A stretch of 62,794 nucleotides of DNA, counting the filler, from Basidiobolus ranarum (lineage: Eukaryota), in assembly GCA_040143965.1 (NCBI GenBank). It is 35 parts of 35 records of this genome, joined end to end, with 100 filler letters (N's around TTAATTAATTAA, not from the genome) between each part and the next. Parts side by side here need not be neighbours in the genome. Positions count along the whole stretch, not along the records: positions 34,211 to 35,906 come from JASJQH010011411.1; positions 36,007 to 37,702 come from JASJQH010011412.1; positions 37,803 to 39,497 come from JASJQH010011413.1; positions 39,598 to 41,292 come from JASJQH010011414.1; positions 41,393 to 43,087 come from JASJQH010011415.1; positions 43,188 to 44,881 come from JASJQH010011416.1; positions 44,982 to 46,674 come from JASJQH010011417.1; positions 46,775 to 48,467 come from JASJQH010011418.1; 27 more parts are not named here. The stretch is one strand, 5' to 3'. Position 1 is the first letter of the stretch, and each line of letters opens with the position of its first letter. Made by a program: the position numbers and the translations under genes. The notes under the pieces were generated by a model. It was not told the DNA's origin and did no database searches. It saw only the letters and a program-made list of their open reading frames with translations. Shown here piece by piece: positions 34,770 to 47,374 of this stretch.

Positions 34770-35906
34770 GTTTTGAAATTAGGTAAATAGCAACTTATGA
34801 TTTAGTTGCTAGTTTATTCACATTCTGATTATTTAGCACTAAATTCTGTCATTCAAGCATATGTTCAGTGCTTTAATTGGTAGAAATATCCATCAAATTG
34901 CTGTTATCTATTTTCACCATTTTCTCAAATCATCTCAAAATCATCTCAAATTTTCATCTATGCTTTACAGGCATGTTTGTTATGATCTAAGAATGTCCAA
35001 AAGACCTGTTTCATAGGAAACTATAAACAGGACATATTTAATTCAATTAAACTTAAATGTCTAAGTCTCAAATCCAACACTTGTCCAAAACACTTCCAAA
35101 TTCCTGAAAGACTATTATCAGGATATGAATCCCAAGCTAGCTGCTCCAGGAGTGTCTACCAGTACTATTACTGATGTTTTTGCATCCACAGAGAAGTTTG
35201 AAGGCAAAGACTCTCACCTTTGGAAGTTCCAGATGCAAATGGTATTAGAAGACAAAATTCATTGGGGATTTATTACAGGAGAAGAAATAGAGCCAAAGAG
35301 AGCTCCATACACTATCCTTGCCTTTCACAAGAAGCAGAGGAAAGCACTCTCTACACTTTGTCTACATATCAGATACTCTCAATTGAGGCACATACACTCA
35401 GCCAAAAATGTTTGAACTGTTTAGGAAACACTTGAGGCACTATATGAGACTAAAGGTCTGGCCAATTAGCTATATCTTAGGCAAATTATTCTTGATTGAT
35501 ATACATTCTGGTGATTCTATGGCTAATCATATAAATTTGATTAAAAATATGGCAGATCAGCTCTCATCCATTGGAGCACTTCTAAATGACAATGATTTAG
35601 TTATGGCATAACTTGGAAGCCTGCCAGACAAGTTTGGGAACCTCATAATTCCCCTAGAATCAAGATCAGAGCCATTCACAATAAAATATGTTGGTGCCAG
35701 GCTTTTGTCTGAGGTATTAGGGAGATCTAATTCTCAGCAAAATAATGCAGTTCAGGCTTTTTTTAGAGCAATAAACTGTCCAACAGGCCTCACTAAAGTG
35801 CCACTAATTTGAATTCAATCATCTGCAAGTATTGCAAGAAGCCAGGCCGTTAAATCAAAGATTGCAGACAAAGGCTTTTTGCCAAAAAGCTAAAATTGGA
35901 ACAAGC
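34770..35906 (+). mobile_element. Copia LTR-D (34770-35078) followed by gag (from 35125)
   Basis: The LTR matches 12943-13258 and ends TCCAACA. Gag FEGKDSHLWKFQMQMVLEDK and a decayed CKYCKKPG knuckle. Confidence 0.87.
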
Positions 35907-36006
35907 NNNNNNNNNNNNNNNNNNNNNNNNNNNNNNNNNNNNNNNNNNNNTTAATTAATTAANNNNNNNNNNNNNNNNNNNNNNNNNNNNNNNNNNNNNN
36001 NNNNNN

Positions 36007-37702
36007 GCTCTTTCACCAACTCCATTTTGTTGAGGTGGATAGAGGGCAGTAGTTTCTTGCTTAATTCCATGAACTTTGCAAAAGTGCTTAAATAGTGTTG
36101 AAGTATATTTTCCACCATTATCAGTACGTATTTTCTTGATTTTAGTTCTGGTTTCAGTCTCCACAAGTGTTTTTAAGACTAAAGATAGACAGAGCTTCCT
36201 CTTTTCTTTCCATAAAGTAGACCCAAGTATATCCTGTATAATCTTCAATAAATGTAATAAAATATCTTTTTCTGCCTCAAGATAAATTTTGCATAGGTCC
36301 ACACAGATCTGAATGAATTAGATCCAATTTTTTGACAGATTTGATTAAACCACAGCTCTTGAACGGTTGCCTGGCTTGTTTTCCATATATACAACCCTCA
36401 CAAATAGCCATTTTGGTTCAGGGGTTAAATTGAATTCCAGAAATTAGGTGATATTTGAACATTTTGCTCAATTAATCAAATCCAATATGGCCAAATCTCT
36501 TATGCCGTAATTGAATAGTTTCTTGATTGGAATAACTTATATTTACACATAGACCTATTGGATTGTATGTAAGTTTGTATAAGTTCTGATCCATTTCTCC
36601 CAGAGCTAAATAATTACCATTTTGGTCAGTGATGGTGCATCCTGACTTATCAAACTTGAATTCTAGCCCTTCTGAGATGGCCTTGAATATAGATATTAAA
36701 TTCTTGGTAATATCTGGAACATGTAGTATATCCTTAAAAGTATATACTTTCTCTTCAGAAGCACAGTTAAATTGACTTGAATTGATCCCATTCCAACAGC
36801 ATCCAACGTGCAGTCATCTCCCATGCAAACCTTTCTAATTGTGATTTCTTCATAATCCACAGACCAATATTTTTCATTTGTGAAATGTTGGGAAGCCCCA
36901 GAATCAATGTACCACCTCTGAGAATCCTTGTTGATAGTCATAGATAGAGCAGAAAAGAACAAGTGATCTTCTGCTGTAATCACATTTCCAGATTTAGTAA
37001 ATTTTTCTTCTTCTGCAATTCTTTTAAAGCAATCTTTGCTTAATTGGCCCGTTCTTTTACAATAATCACAGAATGTGTTGCCTTTCTTCTTAAAGTGCTT
37101 TTGACCTTTATAGGAAGGTTTCCCATTGCCTATTAAAGCATTTTCTTCATTCTTTTGGTTGAATTCTGATTTGAGCAAATCTTCATCCATAAGTCTACCA
37201 AGTACATAATTTAGGGTAAAATTTTCAGTTCTTGATTCTAGAGCCATTCTAGGCTCTGAAACTTGTGTCGCAGGCTATTCAGCACTGTAACCATGATAAC
37301 TTGATCAGTAGTAGGTACCCCAATGCATTCCATTTCATCCACTAAAACAGTGACTCTATTAGTTAGTGATCTAATATCTTCTCCTGACTTCATCTTTAAG
37401 TTAAAGAATTATCTTCTTAGAAACATCTTGTTGGCAGCAGAACTTGGTTGGTTGGTGTCTTCCAAGGCTTTCTATACCTTCTTGGCAGTTTTGGCTCTTG
37501 AACATTGAATTAGCAATTTGTCTTTAACATTAAGACAAATTGTGTTAAAGGCACTTTGTTCTATTTTAACCTGAAGTAAAAGTTTGGTTTCAGATAGTTT
37601 TGCATTGCTTTCTTCTCCTACAACAGTGTCCCAAAGTCCTTTTTCTTGCAGTAGCATTTTCATTTATATTTCAAAACTTGATAATTGGTTCCATTTGATT
37701 TT
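36007..37702 (-). mobile_element. Copia family A gag-protease-integrase
   Basis: CDYCKRTG..DC, WYIDSGASQH, RTDNGGKY, PQQNGVGER. Confidence 0.95.
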
Positions 37703-39244
37703 NNNNNNNNNNNNNNNNNNNNNNNNNNNNNNNNNNNNNNNNNNNNTTAATTAATTAANNNNNNNNNNNNNNNNNNNNNNNNNNNNNNNNNNNNNNNNNN
37801 NNTCGCTGATTCAAGCAGGCCGATTGGCAGAGCTTATGAGACTTACTCGGCGTATTTCATGGTTTTACAACCAGGCTTGATGTCACTTTATGCGTATTAA
37901 GATGAGTCTACCTCATATCCGTATACTGCGATTTACTCATAGAGTAATACTTCCGATGGTGAGTTTGACAAGGGGCGCTTTGGAACTTACCTCTAGAGTT
38001 GATTGAGCGTTCTAGTTGCACTTGACATCATCTATGATATGATCAAAATATAGTGGTTTAGTCAGCACCTGTATTCTATTTATTAATCTGTGGTTGAATT
38101 CTGTCACAAGTGACCAACAGAAGCTTACAAATCTATTTAAAGAACTGGTATAACATTGTTTCACTCTATGAGACACCGCTATAGAGATATAGATTTGATC
38201 TCAATCAATGGAGACCCTAACCCTACGCACCATTAAGCTAAGATTGGTCATTCGTCAATCTTCCTTACTATTATCTAATTGGATTGGTTTAGTGATACTT
38301 TTTAGAATGAACAGTTATATATTTCAATATCTAGATGCATCATTTGGAAATAATTTATCAATATGCTCTAAACACACAAAGTATGCTAATACTCAACCGT
38401 ACTGTCTAAGACATAGCTACTTAGTGCAAACAACTGAAATTAAAGATTTATTGCGAGGGTTGGATAGGGCAGATAGCTCACAACCATCCATCTTTGAGGA
38501 ATGCAATTATGGAGTAGTAACAAAGAATGGAAAATGGCTAAATCAAAGAGCAATTTTGGAATTGAGTTAACTGGTCTCTAAATATATCAATGCACAGTCT
38601 AAGTTAAATCAGGTTTCAACTATTCCCAATAATTTCAATAGCTATTTACAGAATTAAATGAAAATTTGATACTTTACCAATCGCCAAACCATCGAATTGA
38701 CATGAATAGTTAGTCCTTGAATGTGTCAATCACGTATTCTTAGCTATGGCAGAGATTCCGTTGTGGCAGGGTTGAACTATTAAATTCAAACACTCAAGTA
38801 CTAATACAGCATGTTTATCATACTTGATGCTTAGCTACTAAATAAGGAAACAATTAAAAATTGTAACAGTAATTTTTAAGACATCTTAGAAACATTGAGA
38901 AAAGATAGTATTATCGCACTCGCTCAAAACTCCTTAGGTATTTAATAACATATCCCTATATCTTAAGCGCTTCAAATTCAACCCATCTACGTAGAACAAT
39001 ACAAAGAAGAGCCACTCTCTGATGCGATGTGATGCACTGTAAGGTGTGCGCAACAAGCTACACTTTACATGCATTTGCTTACTATGCTTTTGTTTTGTGC
39101 GTACCTTTTTGGTGTTGTGAAAATGTGGCTCTATCGAGGTTTAAATAATTGAAGTGTGATTATGGTGAGAGATATTGGTTAATTGACCAGATATAAAATA
39201 TTTATACTTGTTAACAAAAATATAGAAATCACACGCTTAGTACT

Positions 39245-39390
39245 GTGTTCGGGCCATTTGTGAGAGTAAAATGAGGTATATAAAGTATTTGGGAGCCTGT
39301 TGGAAGTAATTTGGAGAAATAGAGAAGTTGGTGGTTTTCACTTATTGATTTATTGAGTATTCAGTTGACATTTATAGTTTTGTCAAACCC
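39245..39390 (-). repeat. Dispersed LTR-like repeat fragment
   Basis: Reverse complement shares CTTCCAACAGGCTCCCAAATACTTT and upstream sequence with 52745-52850. Confidence 0.6.
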
Positions 39391-39597
39391 AATACAGGTT
39401 ACAACATGATTAAACGAACGAATCAACCAAATCCTTTTCTAACATTGACAACAACATCCCAGAGGCTGATGGTTATACAGATTCAGTTCAAGATTAGNNN
39501 NNNNNNNNNNNNNNNNNNNNNNNNNNNNNNNNNNNNNNNNNTTAATTAATTAANNNNNNNNNNNNNNNNNNNNNNNNNNNNNNNNNNNNNNNNNNNN

Positions 39598-39980
39598 TAA
39601 AGTATGTGAATATGTAGAGACTAAACACAACAAGATTCTTGTATTTTTTGATTCCCATTATGGCTGGAATACAAAGCCTAAAATATCTAAATAAAGGCAT
39701 GCATATCAATTTGAATTCCTACAGCAGTAAACCCAGTAATTTGCCATTCAAAAATTAGATTTTTGCAAAAATTGCCGGATATTGAATAACACATGCCAAA
39801 TTTGAGGATCAATATTTTAACATGTATGAAAACCATCAAAATACCATCAAGAAACTCCCATCACACCATCAAAATCCTTGACAGAATGCAAGCTACCAAT
39901 GTTGTGATGGTTCTCTGACAGCTTTGCTATTTTGGAGGGTGGATCCAATTGAAATCAAGTCAATTTTATTTTTGTTAGAG
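39598..39980 (+). mobile_element. CACTA 3' end and terminus A
   Basis: YGWNTKPKISK*, ending TTTTATTTTTGTTAGAG. Confidence 0.85.
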
Positions 39981-40513
39981 AAGCCAAAACTTCCACAAAA
40001 GTATGGAAATCTTTAGAAGACACCTGCCAAAAATGTTCTGCTGCCAACCAAGCTTCTTGAAGAACACAATTCTTTAACTTAAAGATGCAGCCAGGAGAAG
40101 ACAAAAAAAGCTGAAAATATTACTTGACATTATACATTTGGCAGACTCATGGATGCAGACTTATGCATATTAAAATTCATCCAAAAGAATAAAGAAAAAG
40201 TTTCAACAGGCTATAAGAAACCTTCCTATAAAGGTCAAAAGCATGCTAAGAAGAAAAGCAACACATCCTGTGATTACTGTCAAAAAACTGGCCATACAAG
40301 CAAAGATTGCTTTAAGAGAACTGAAAAGAAGAAAAATGTAATAAATCTGGAAATGTGGTTACAACAGAGGATTACTTGTTCAGATCTGGTATAGCTCTGA
40401 CTACATAGAAGGATTCCCAGATATGGTATATTGATTTTGGAGCCTCCCAACATTTCATAATTGGCAGGAATTGGTTAGTGGATTAGAAAGGTTTTCATGG
40501 GAGATGATCTTAC
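39981..40513 (+). mobile_element. Copia family A gag/protease remnant
   Basis: CDYCQKTGHTSKDC knuckle; homologous to 36820-37490. Confidence 0.87.
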
Positions 40514-41292
40514 TGTTGGAGGATCTTGATATAATGGGGGTAGACTTTGTGTATTAGAAGCAACTTATGATAGTGTGTTTTAGCTACTTCATTCTGAAGA
40601 GTATATGGTGCCTTATATAGTAGGAAAGTATAGCAATTGTTTGAGATATTGAGGAGTTTGTGTAATAAGATAAAATAGATATGTGGGGGTAATAAGACTT
40701 ACTTGATAGCTGGATATAGAGATATTCCTATTTAAAATGTAGGGGCTATAGATATGTTGCTTTCTGTTTCTGATATATGTATCATAACTAAAGTTAATTA
40801 AGATGTTGAATGAAGATTAATTATCCAACATCTTCCCTTAATTTTTATTCAGCATTGTGCTTGTATTCACTAATACCTATTCCTGCTCTTAACTTCTCAA
40901 AGCTTGAAGTTTTGAGTGGTATTGTTAGTATATCTGCCAGCATGTTTTCAGTATTAAAATAAATAAAGTTCACTTCTTTGTCTTCAACTTTCTCTTGTAC
41001 AAAATGATGACTTATGTCAATATGTTTCATCCTTGAGTGATGCTCAGGATTTTTGGTGTTCTGATTACAACTAATATTATCTTGATATATTGGGGTAGGA
41101 TTAACTTGATCATACCTTAGTTCCTCAAGAAGACTCCTTAGCCATAGAACTTCTTGAACAGCCATAGAGCTTGCCATATATTCTGTTTCTGTAGTTGATA
41201 ATGCATCAGTTTGTTGTTTCTTGCTCATCCAGCTCATTGGCTCTCCTGCTAGCTTAAACACATATCCAGTTCCGGACTTACAGTGTTCTGTG
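40514..41292 (-). mobile_element. Copia family B RNase H, PPT (AAGGGAAGA) and 3' LTR (40514-40830)
   Basis: SWMSKKQ..ALSTTETEY, KHIDI..HFV, LADILT; TGTTGGA..TCCAACA LTR. Confidence 0.94.
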
Positions 41293-41392
41293 NNNNNNNN
41301 NNNNNNNNNNNNNNNNNNNNNNNNNNNNNNNNNNNNTTAATTAATTAANNNNNNNNNNNNNNNNNNNNNNNNNNNNNNNNNNNNNNNNNNNN

Positions 41393-42581
41393 AGAGAAAG
41401 TTTATACTTTTAAGGATGTACTACATGTTCCAGATATTGCCAAGAATTTAATATCTGTATGCAAGGCCACCTCAGAAGGGCTAAAATTCAATTTTGATAA
41501 GTCTGGATGCACCATCACTGATCAAAATGGGATTATTTAGCTTTGGGAGAAAAGGATCAAAACTTATACAAACTTACATATAAACCAAGAGGTTTATGTG
41601 TAAATACAAGTAAGAGGTTTGTGTGTAAATATAAGTTATTCCAATCAAGAAACTATTCAATTTTGACATAAGAGATTTGGCCATTTTGGATTTGATTTTT
41701 TGAGCAAAATGATCAAAAATCACCAAATTTCTGGAACTCAAATTAACCTCCCCAACCAAAATGGAAATTTGTGAGGGTTGTATACATGGAAAACAATCCA
41801 GGCAACCATTCAAAAGCCCTGGTTTAATCAAATCAGTTAAAAAATTGGATCTAATGCATTCAGATCAATGTGGACTTATGCAAAATTTATCTTTTGGTGG
41901 AAAAAGATATTTAATCACACATATTGATGATTATACATATACACTTGGTTCTACTTTATGGAAAGAAAAGAAACCCTCTCTATCTGTAGACATTTTAAAA
42001 CACTTGTGGAGACTGAAACTGGAACTAAAATCAAAAAAATACATATTGATAATGGTGGAGAATATACTTCAACACTATTTAAGCACTTTTGCAAAGTTTA
42101 TGGAATTAAGCAAAAAACTACTGCCCCTTATTCTCCTCAACAAAATGGAGTTGCTGCAACAGCTAACAGGACCATAATAGAAATGGCAAGATCTATGATA
42201 AATGCCCAAAACTTATCTCATAACTTTTGGGCATAATCTGTTGCTATAGCTATATATCTGAAGAATAGGAGCTTTACCAGAAGTCTGTCTAACTCTATAC
42301 CATATCAAGCTTGGTTTGGAGTTAAACCTGATGAAAAACATTGGATGATCTTTGGATGCATTGCTTACATCAAAATTATGAACAAAAATCAGCTTAAATT
42401 TGATCCAAAAAGTAAGAAATGCATATATCTGGGCTATTACACTCAAACTAAGGTCTACAGACTCTATGATACCAAATTTCCAAGTTAATCAAGTCCAGAG
42501 ATGCTTTGTTTAATGAAAATAAGTTAAATATAACTCTGATGACAATATAGAAAGGTACAAGGCTAGACTTTGTAGCCAAAG
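41393..42581 (+). mobile_element. Copia family A protease-integrase, deleted into RT
   Basis: CEGCIHGKQ, HSDQCG, DNGGEY, PQQNGVA; jumps to RT sequence near 42520. Confidence 0.93.
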
Positions 42582-43087
42582 CCCTAACAAAAATAAAATC
42601 AATTTGATCCAGATTGGATCCACCCTCCAAAATTGCAAAACCATCAGAGAACCATCACAATATTGGTGGATTGAATTCTCCAGGGATTTTGATGGTTTGA
42701 TGGTGGTTTCTTGATGGTATTTTGATGGTATTCAATCATTTCAAAATATTGATCCTCAAATTTGGCATGCATCATTCAATATCTGGCAATTTTTGCAAAA
42801 ATCTAATTTTCAAATGGCTAATTACTGGGTTTACTGCTGTAGGAATTCAAATTAACATGCATGCCTTTATTTAGATATTTTAGGCTTTGTATTCCAGCCA
42901 TAATGAGAATCAAAAAATATAAGAATCTTGTTGTGTTTAGTCTCTACATATGCACATATTTGACTGATTAGATATTACTCAACAACATCAATATGCTTTA
43001 CCAGCAAACTAAAGGTGGAAAAATTGCTAAACATCTGAAATTTTGAATAGCACTGACACTTGGCAAATAGCTGACTCTTGTTACCAT
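42582..43087 (-). mobile_element. CACTA terminus A and transposase 3' end
   Basis: Begins CCCTAACAAAAATAAAATC exactly where RT homology stops. Confidence 0.88.
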
Positions 43088-44434
43088 NNNNNNNNNNNNN
43101 NNNNNNNNNNNNNNNNNNNNNNNNNNNNNNNTTAATTAATTAANNNNNNNNNNNNNNNNNNNNNNNNNNNNNNNNNNNNNNNNNNNNTCCATGAACTTAA
43201 CGCTGACTGTTAATTCATAACATTTCCGGCATTAGGGTTGTTTGACTTTTGAGCACAACCACTGATACGGTTCATTCTTATTTCTAATTGGAATTCAGGT
43301 TGCTTGATATTGAGCGCAACCATGGATTGCAACTAGCTTCATTTCGAGTATGGAGTGCATGCTTGTGTAGGCAAATCTAATCTTCACGAATATTCTTTAG
43401 CTTGAACTAGTGAGTTAGACCCCAGGCTAAGTGACGTTTATGAAATATTTTGAGAGAACAGAGATGAATGAAAATAACCCCATTGAAATACGATATATCT
43501 AGTTCCTTCAACTCTATCTCTTCGTTTATATTCTACTTGGTACGTCATACAGCTAGAAGTGTTAACCATGTATTAAGTCGCGTGGGTACCAAACTTTTAC
43601 AATTCCTGAACTGAAGAAATCTCTCTTTAAGTCCAACATTAATGTCATTCTATCTACTGTGAGAATTTTTATGGAATACGTTTATGGGGTTATGTTTGAA
43701 ATATCATTCATGAAGTTCTTGTTCCATTATTGCGACAATTCGATGAGTATTAATAACACCATTTTTGCAAGCAAGGAGTCCCAAGTAACCATTTGCATTC
43801 AGAAGTGCATTACCATACTAATCGGATGATGTGACAATATATAAGCTTTACTACACAACCATGTTATCAATGGAGAGCTCTGATCATCGAAATTAGTATA
43901 TTGAAATTGCCATTGCTATAGACACTAAAATCAATATAGGCATGAATGAATCAACCAAATGTGGGATAGTTTGCTATGAGAAGATTTATTCTTTTGAGAT
44001 TTCCAAAGCAATGAATAGGTATATGTGGGTTTGAAGTATACCACCATACAATTTGTCAACTTAAAAGTTAATATCATGTACACTAAGGAAGTCGAAGAAT
44101 GACAAATTCATTGATTAAAGTTGAGAACATCATGAATAGAAAAATAAATGAATGTGTACAAAAGTTTAGTAAATTCTGGATTCCATTTGAAACTTTAAGT
44201 TAAAAATGTCGTGACATTTATTACTACATAGCATTTCCTGTACCTGAAAGCATATTCGAACCGTTACTCAAATCGCTTTGTACGTTTTAAGGGATGAATC
44301 AGATTGACAATCACTTGGTGTACATACTTTTCAAATTTTCTCCCTTAAAAATATCACTTTATATCAAGTGAGTATTTCTTGTGTCGGTCAAAATGAAACA
44401 GGTGTCGTCCAGTGATTTACTGGGTTAGCAATAG

Positions 44435-44440
44435 TATAAA
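44435..44440 (+). promoter_or_regulatory. Candidate TATA box of the knottin gene
   Basis: TATAAA 47 nt upstream of ATG 44482, which has an AACAATG context. Confidence 0.55.
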
Positions 44441-44481
44441 TTGGTGAGATAGATAAGAGCAAATTCAATCTAAAATCAACA

Positions 44482-44667
44482 ATGACATTCCATAACTACC
44501 TTCTCTTTAGCATAATCCTCCTGCTCATCTCGATAGCCTACACTGAAGCAAACCCCATAAAAAAAGAGGAGTGTATAAGTCTGGGAGGTGCATGCCAAAA
44601 TCATGAGGCTTGCTGTCTAGGGACTCTATGTGTCATCGATCAACTTGGAGTGAAATCTTGCCTTTAG
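44482..44667 (+). CDS. Small secreted inhibitor-cystine-knot (knottin) peptide, 61 aa
   Basis: Signal peptide ending ..AYTEA, then NPIKK, then C-x6-C-x5-CC-x4-C-x9-C. TATA box upstream and AATAAA near 44743. Confidence 0.85.
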   Translation: MTFHNYLLFSIILLLISIAYTEANPIKKEECISLGGACQNHEACCLGTLCVIDQLGVKSCL

Positions 44668-45056
44668 TTTCGTTGGAAGTTTAGCTCAAATATCAAGTAC
44701 ATGATAAGGAAATGGATATTAATGAGGACTGCTTCGATGTAAAATAAATAAAATTCACTAATGAAATATATTCATTTGCCTAACGCTATAACATATTTAT
44801 AATTTAATGAAGACAAAAAAGAAATTTCCCTTAGATACGCATATTGGTTGTGAAATTTGAAGGGAAATGAAGGGAGAGGGTNNNNNNNNNNNNNNNNNNN
44901 NNNNNNNNNNNNNNNNNNNNNNNNNTTAATTAATTAANNNNNNNNNNNNNNNNNNNNNNNNNNNNNNNNNNNNNNNNNNNNCAGTATAAAAAGAAAGCAG
45001 GGGGTTTGGGGGATGCAATCCCCCATGTACACCCTTCTCACAATATACTTAAGTCA

Positions 45057-46674
45057 CTAGTATATGGGAAGAATTGGGCTTGCCCAAATTTTCAAAAGGC
45101 CAGATCTCTGACCTTTGACACCTTGGAGGAAGAGACACTGTTTCCAACATTATAACACAGCCTATTCTAGCTTTCATAAATTTGATAAATTAAAAGAAAT
45201 TTCTCAGATATTGAATATTTTTTCAATTTTTATAAATTTGCAAGTCTCTGGGAAACCAAGGAGCAGATGTTTTCCTTCAGACTCTGAAAGCCTTTAAGTA
45301 TTTTAATTTTACTATAAGTAGACTGGCTACTTTTTAGCTTAATAATTCATAAATTACTTATTGAGAATATGCTTTATATACTATTGGGAGTAATGAGGAA
45401 ACTTGATTACCATTATGAATTAGTAATATTTGTAAGAACTTTGCAAGGATTACAAAATTAAATAAAGAAGAAAGTGAATATTGGATATATCATAATTATA
45501 TTACCAATCTAGAAATATTGTAAGTGTTGATAAAAGCTTTCTACTCCTGTTTTACAAATATTGACATATCACTAGCACTAAGCTCCATATATGTTTATTT
45601 ATATACAAACAAACAAAATAGTCATTAAAATAAACTTTTGGGCTATGTAACCTGCCCAGCACAAAGGTGCTACAAATTTAACAAGTTGCATAAAATGCAA
45701 TGTATTTGTAACTAAGGTATCCTAATAATATAAATAGAAGCAACATGCACTACAGAACCCTCTATAATTTCAAAAACATACTAACTTTCAAGCTGCATAG
45801 TACTGGAAACATGCCTTTATGCATTACCCCTGATTTTATAGGGGCTACATTGGTGGTAGACTGTCAACACACACTACAAACATGAGGCTCTATTTAAAAA
45901 CATATTTGCTTTTGGTGTGTGTATAACTGATACCATGTCATTATTTTTTATTGTTGACTTTTTTAGGAGTTACAAAGACCACTAATCCTTTGATATGCAC
46001 TACAAACATGAGCCTCTTTTTAAAAACATATTTACTTTTGGCATGCGTATTACTGATACCATGTCATTATTTTTTATTGTTGACTTTATAGGAGTTACAA
46101 AGACCACTAATCCTTTGACATGCACTACAAATGTGGGTTTCTTTTTAAAAACATATTTACTTTTGGCATGCATATAACTGATACCACATCATTATTTTTT
46201 ACCTTTGACTTTATAGGAGCTATGAAGACTGCTCATCCCTTGATGCACACTACAAACTTGAGCCTCTTTTTAAAAATTTCTTTACTTCTTGTGTGCATAT
46301 AACTTAGACCACATTGTGATATTTTTTACTTTTGAATTTAAAGGAATTATAAAGATTTCTCATCCCTTGATGTGCACTACAAATGTGAGTCTCTTTTTAA
46401 AAACATACTAACTTTTGGCATGCATATAACACATACCCTGTAATGATATTTCACTTTTGACTTTATTGGGGTTACAAGATTATACATCTCTCAACGCGCA
46501 CTACAAATGTGAGCAACTTTTTTATAAAAACCTGTTTACTTTTAGCATTTTTATAACAGATACTATGTCTTTATATTCTATTTCTGATTATGTAGGAGTT
46601 AAGAAGATCATAAATCATTAAACGCGCACTACAAATGTGATCAACTTTTTAAAAACTCTATTTTTTTGGCATGT
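45057..46674 (-). mobile_element. Helitron-like 3' end (hairpin plus CTAG|T) followed by a tandem array
   Basis: Minus strand reads TTGGGCAAGCCCAA-13 nt-CTAG|T (45087 to 45056). Confidence 0.55.
45748..46674. repeat. About 125-bp non-coding tandem repeat, 8 units
   Basis: CACTACA anchors at 45748, 45872, 45998, 46123, 46248, 46375, 46499, 46627, with similarity along the whole unit. Confidence 0.93.
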
Positions 46675-46774
46675 NNNNNNNNNNNNNNNNNNNNNNNNNN
46701 NNNNNNNNNNNNNNNNNNTTAATTAATTAANNNNNNNNNNNNNNNNNNNNNNNNNNNNNNNNNNNNNNNNNNNN

Positions 46775-47300
46775 TATGGGCAAACCATCTTCAAAAACAT
46801 ATCTTCACCATACAATGCAATCTCTGCAGTCATATAAATCATTAAAGCTGCCCATTACACTCCTGCTACTAAGTTCCAACTCAATAAAAACAACTGCACT
46901 TCTTGATTGAGGTGCTTCCTCCTGCTTTATTGACTCTGCCTTTTTAAAATCCCACTCTATCCCAACAATCAAGAAATCTAGTCCAGTCCTTGTAGAAGTA
47001 ATTGATGGAAGGTTGCTATCATCAGGTGCTGTAGCACATAAGACTACCTTTATGACATTCATGTCCACTGCTCATCAAGAAGAAATAACCTTTAATATCA
47101 TTTCTTCACCTCACCACCCAGTCATCCTTGGTATCTCATGGCTCATGCAGCACAACCCAGTAATCAATTGGAAGAGGAAGATTATCATGTTCAAGCAAAC
47201 TCCACCTCTTAGTCTGGATATGCCAACCTGCAAAGTATCCAGCTCATCATCAGCCCAAAACACAAACTCTGCTCTGCTAGATTGTAATGGCAATGTTCAT
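46775..47300 (+). mobile_element. Gypsy (Tf2/chromovirus-like) aspartic protease, degenerate
   Basis: ALLD*GASSCFID..VIDGR..PVILGISWL..HNPVINW. Confidence 0.88.
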
Positions 47301-47374
47301 ATGTATAGTGTGGGATTGATTGAAATCCCATATGAGAATGGATGGGGGGAGCAGCATGTTCTGTAGCTTAAGTA

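Noticed and set aside
38208-38570. 120-aa ORF, and CCCTAACCCTA as a telomere seed
   Set aside because: No motifs or codon bias; fewer than two full repeat units.
45748-46674. CRISPR-like array, or a row of CACTA termini (CACTACAAA)
   Set aside because: Whole units are homologous with no unique spacers and no cas genes in a eukaryotic context. The motif is internal, all in one orientation, and unlike the CCCTAACA termini of the local CACTA family.
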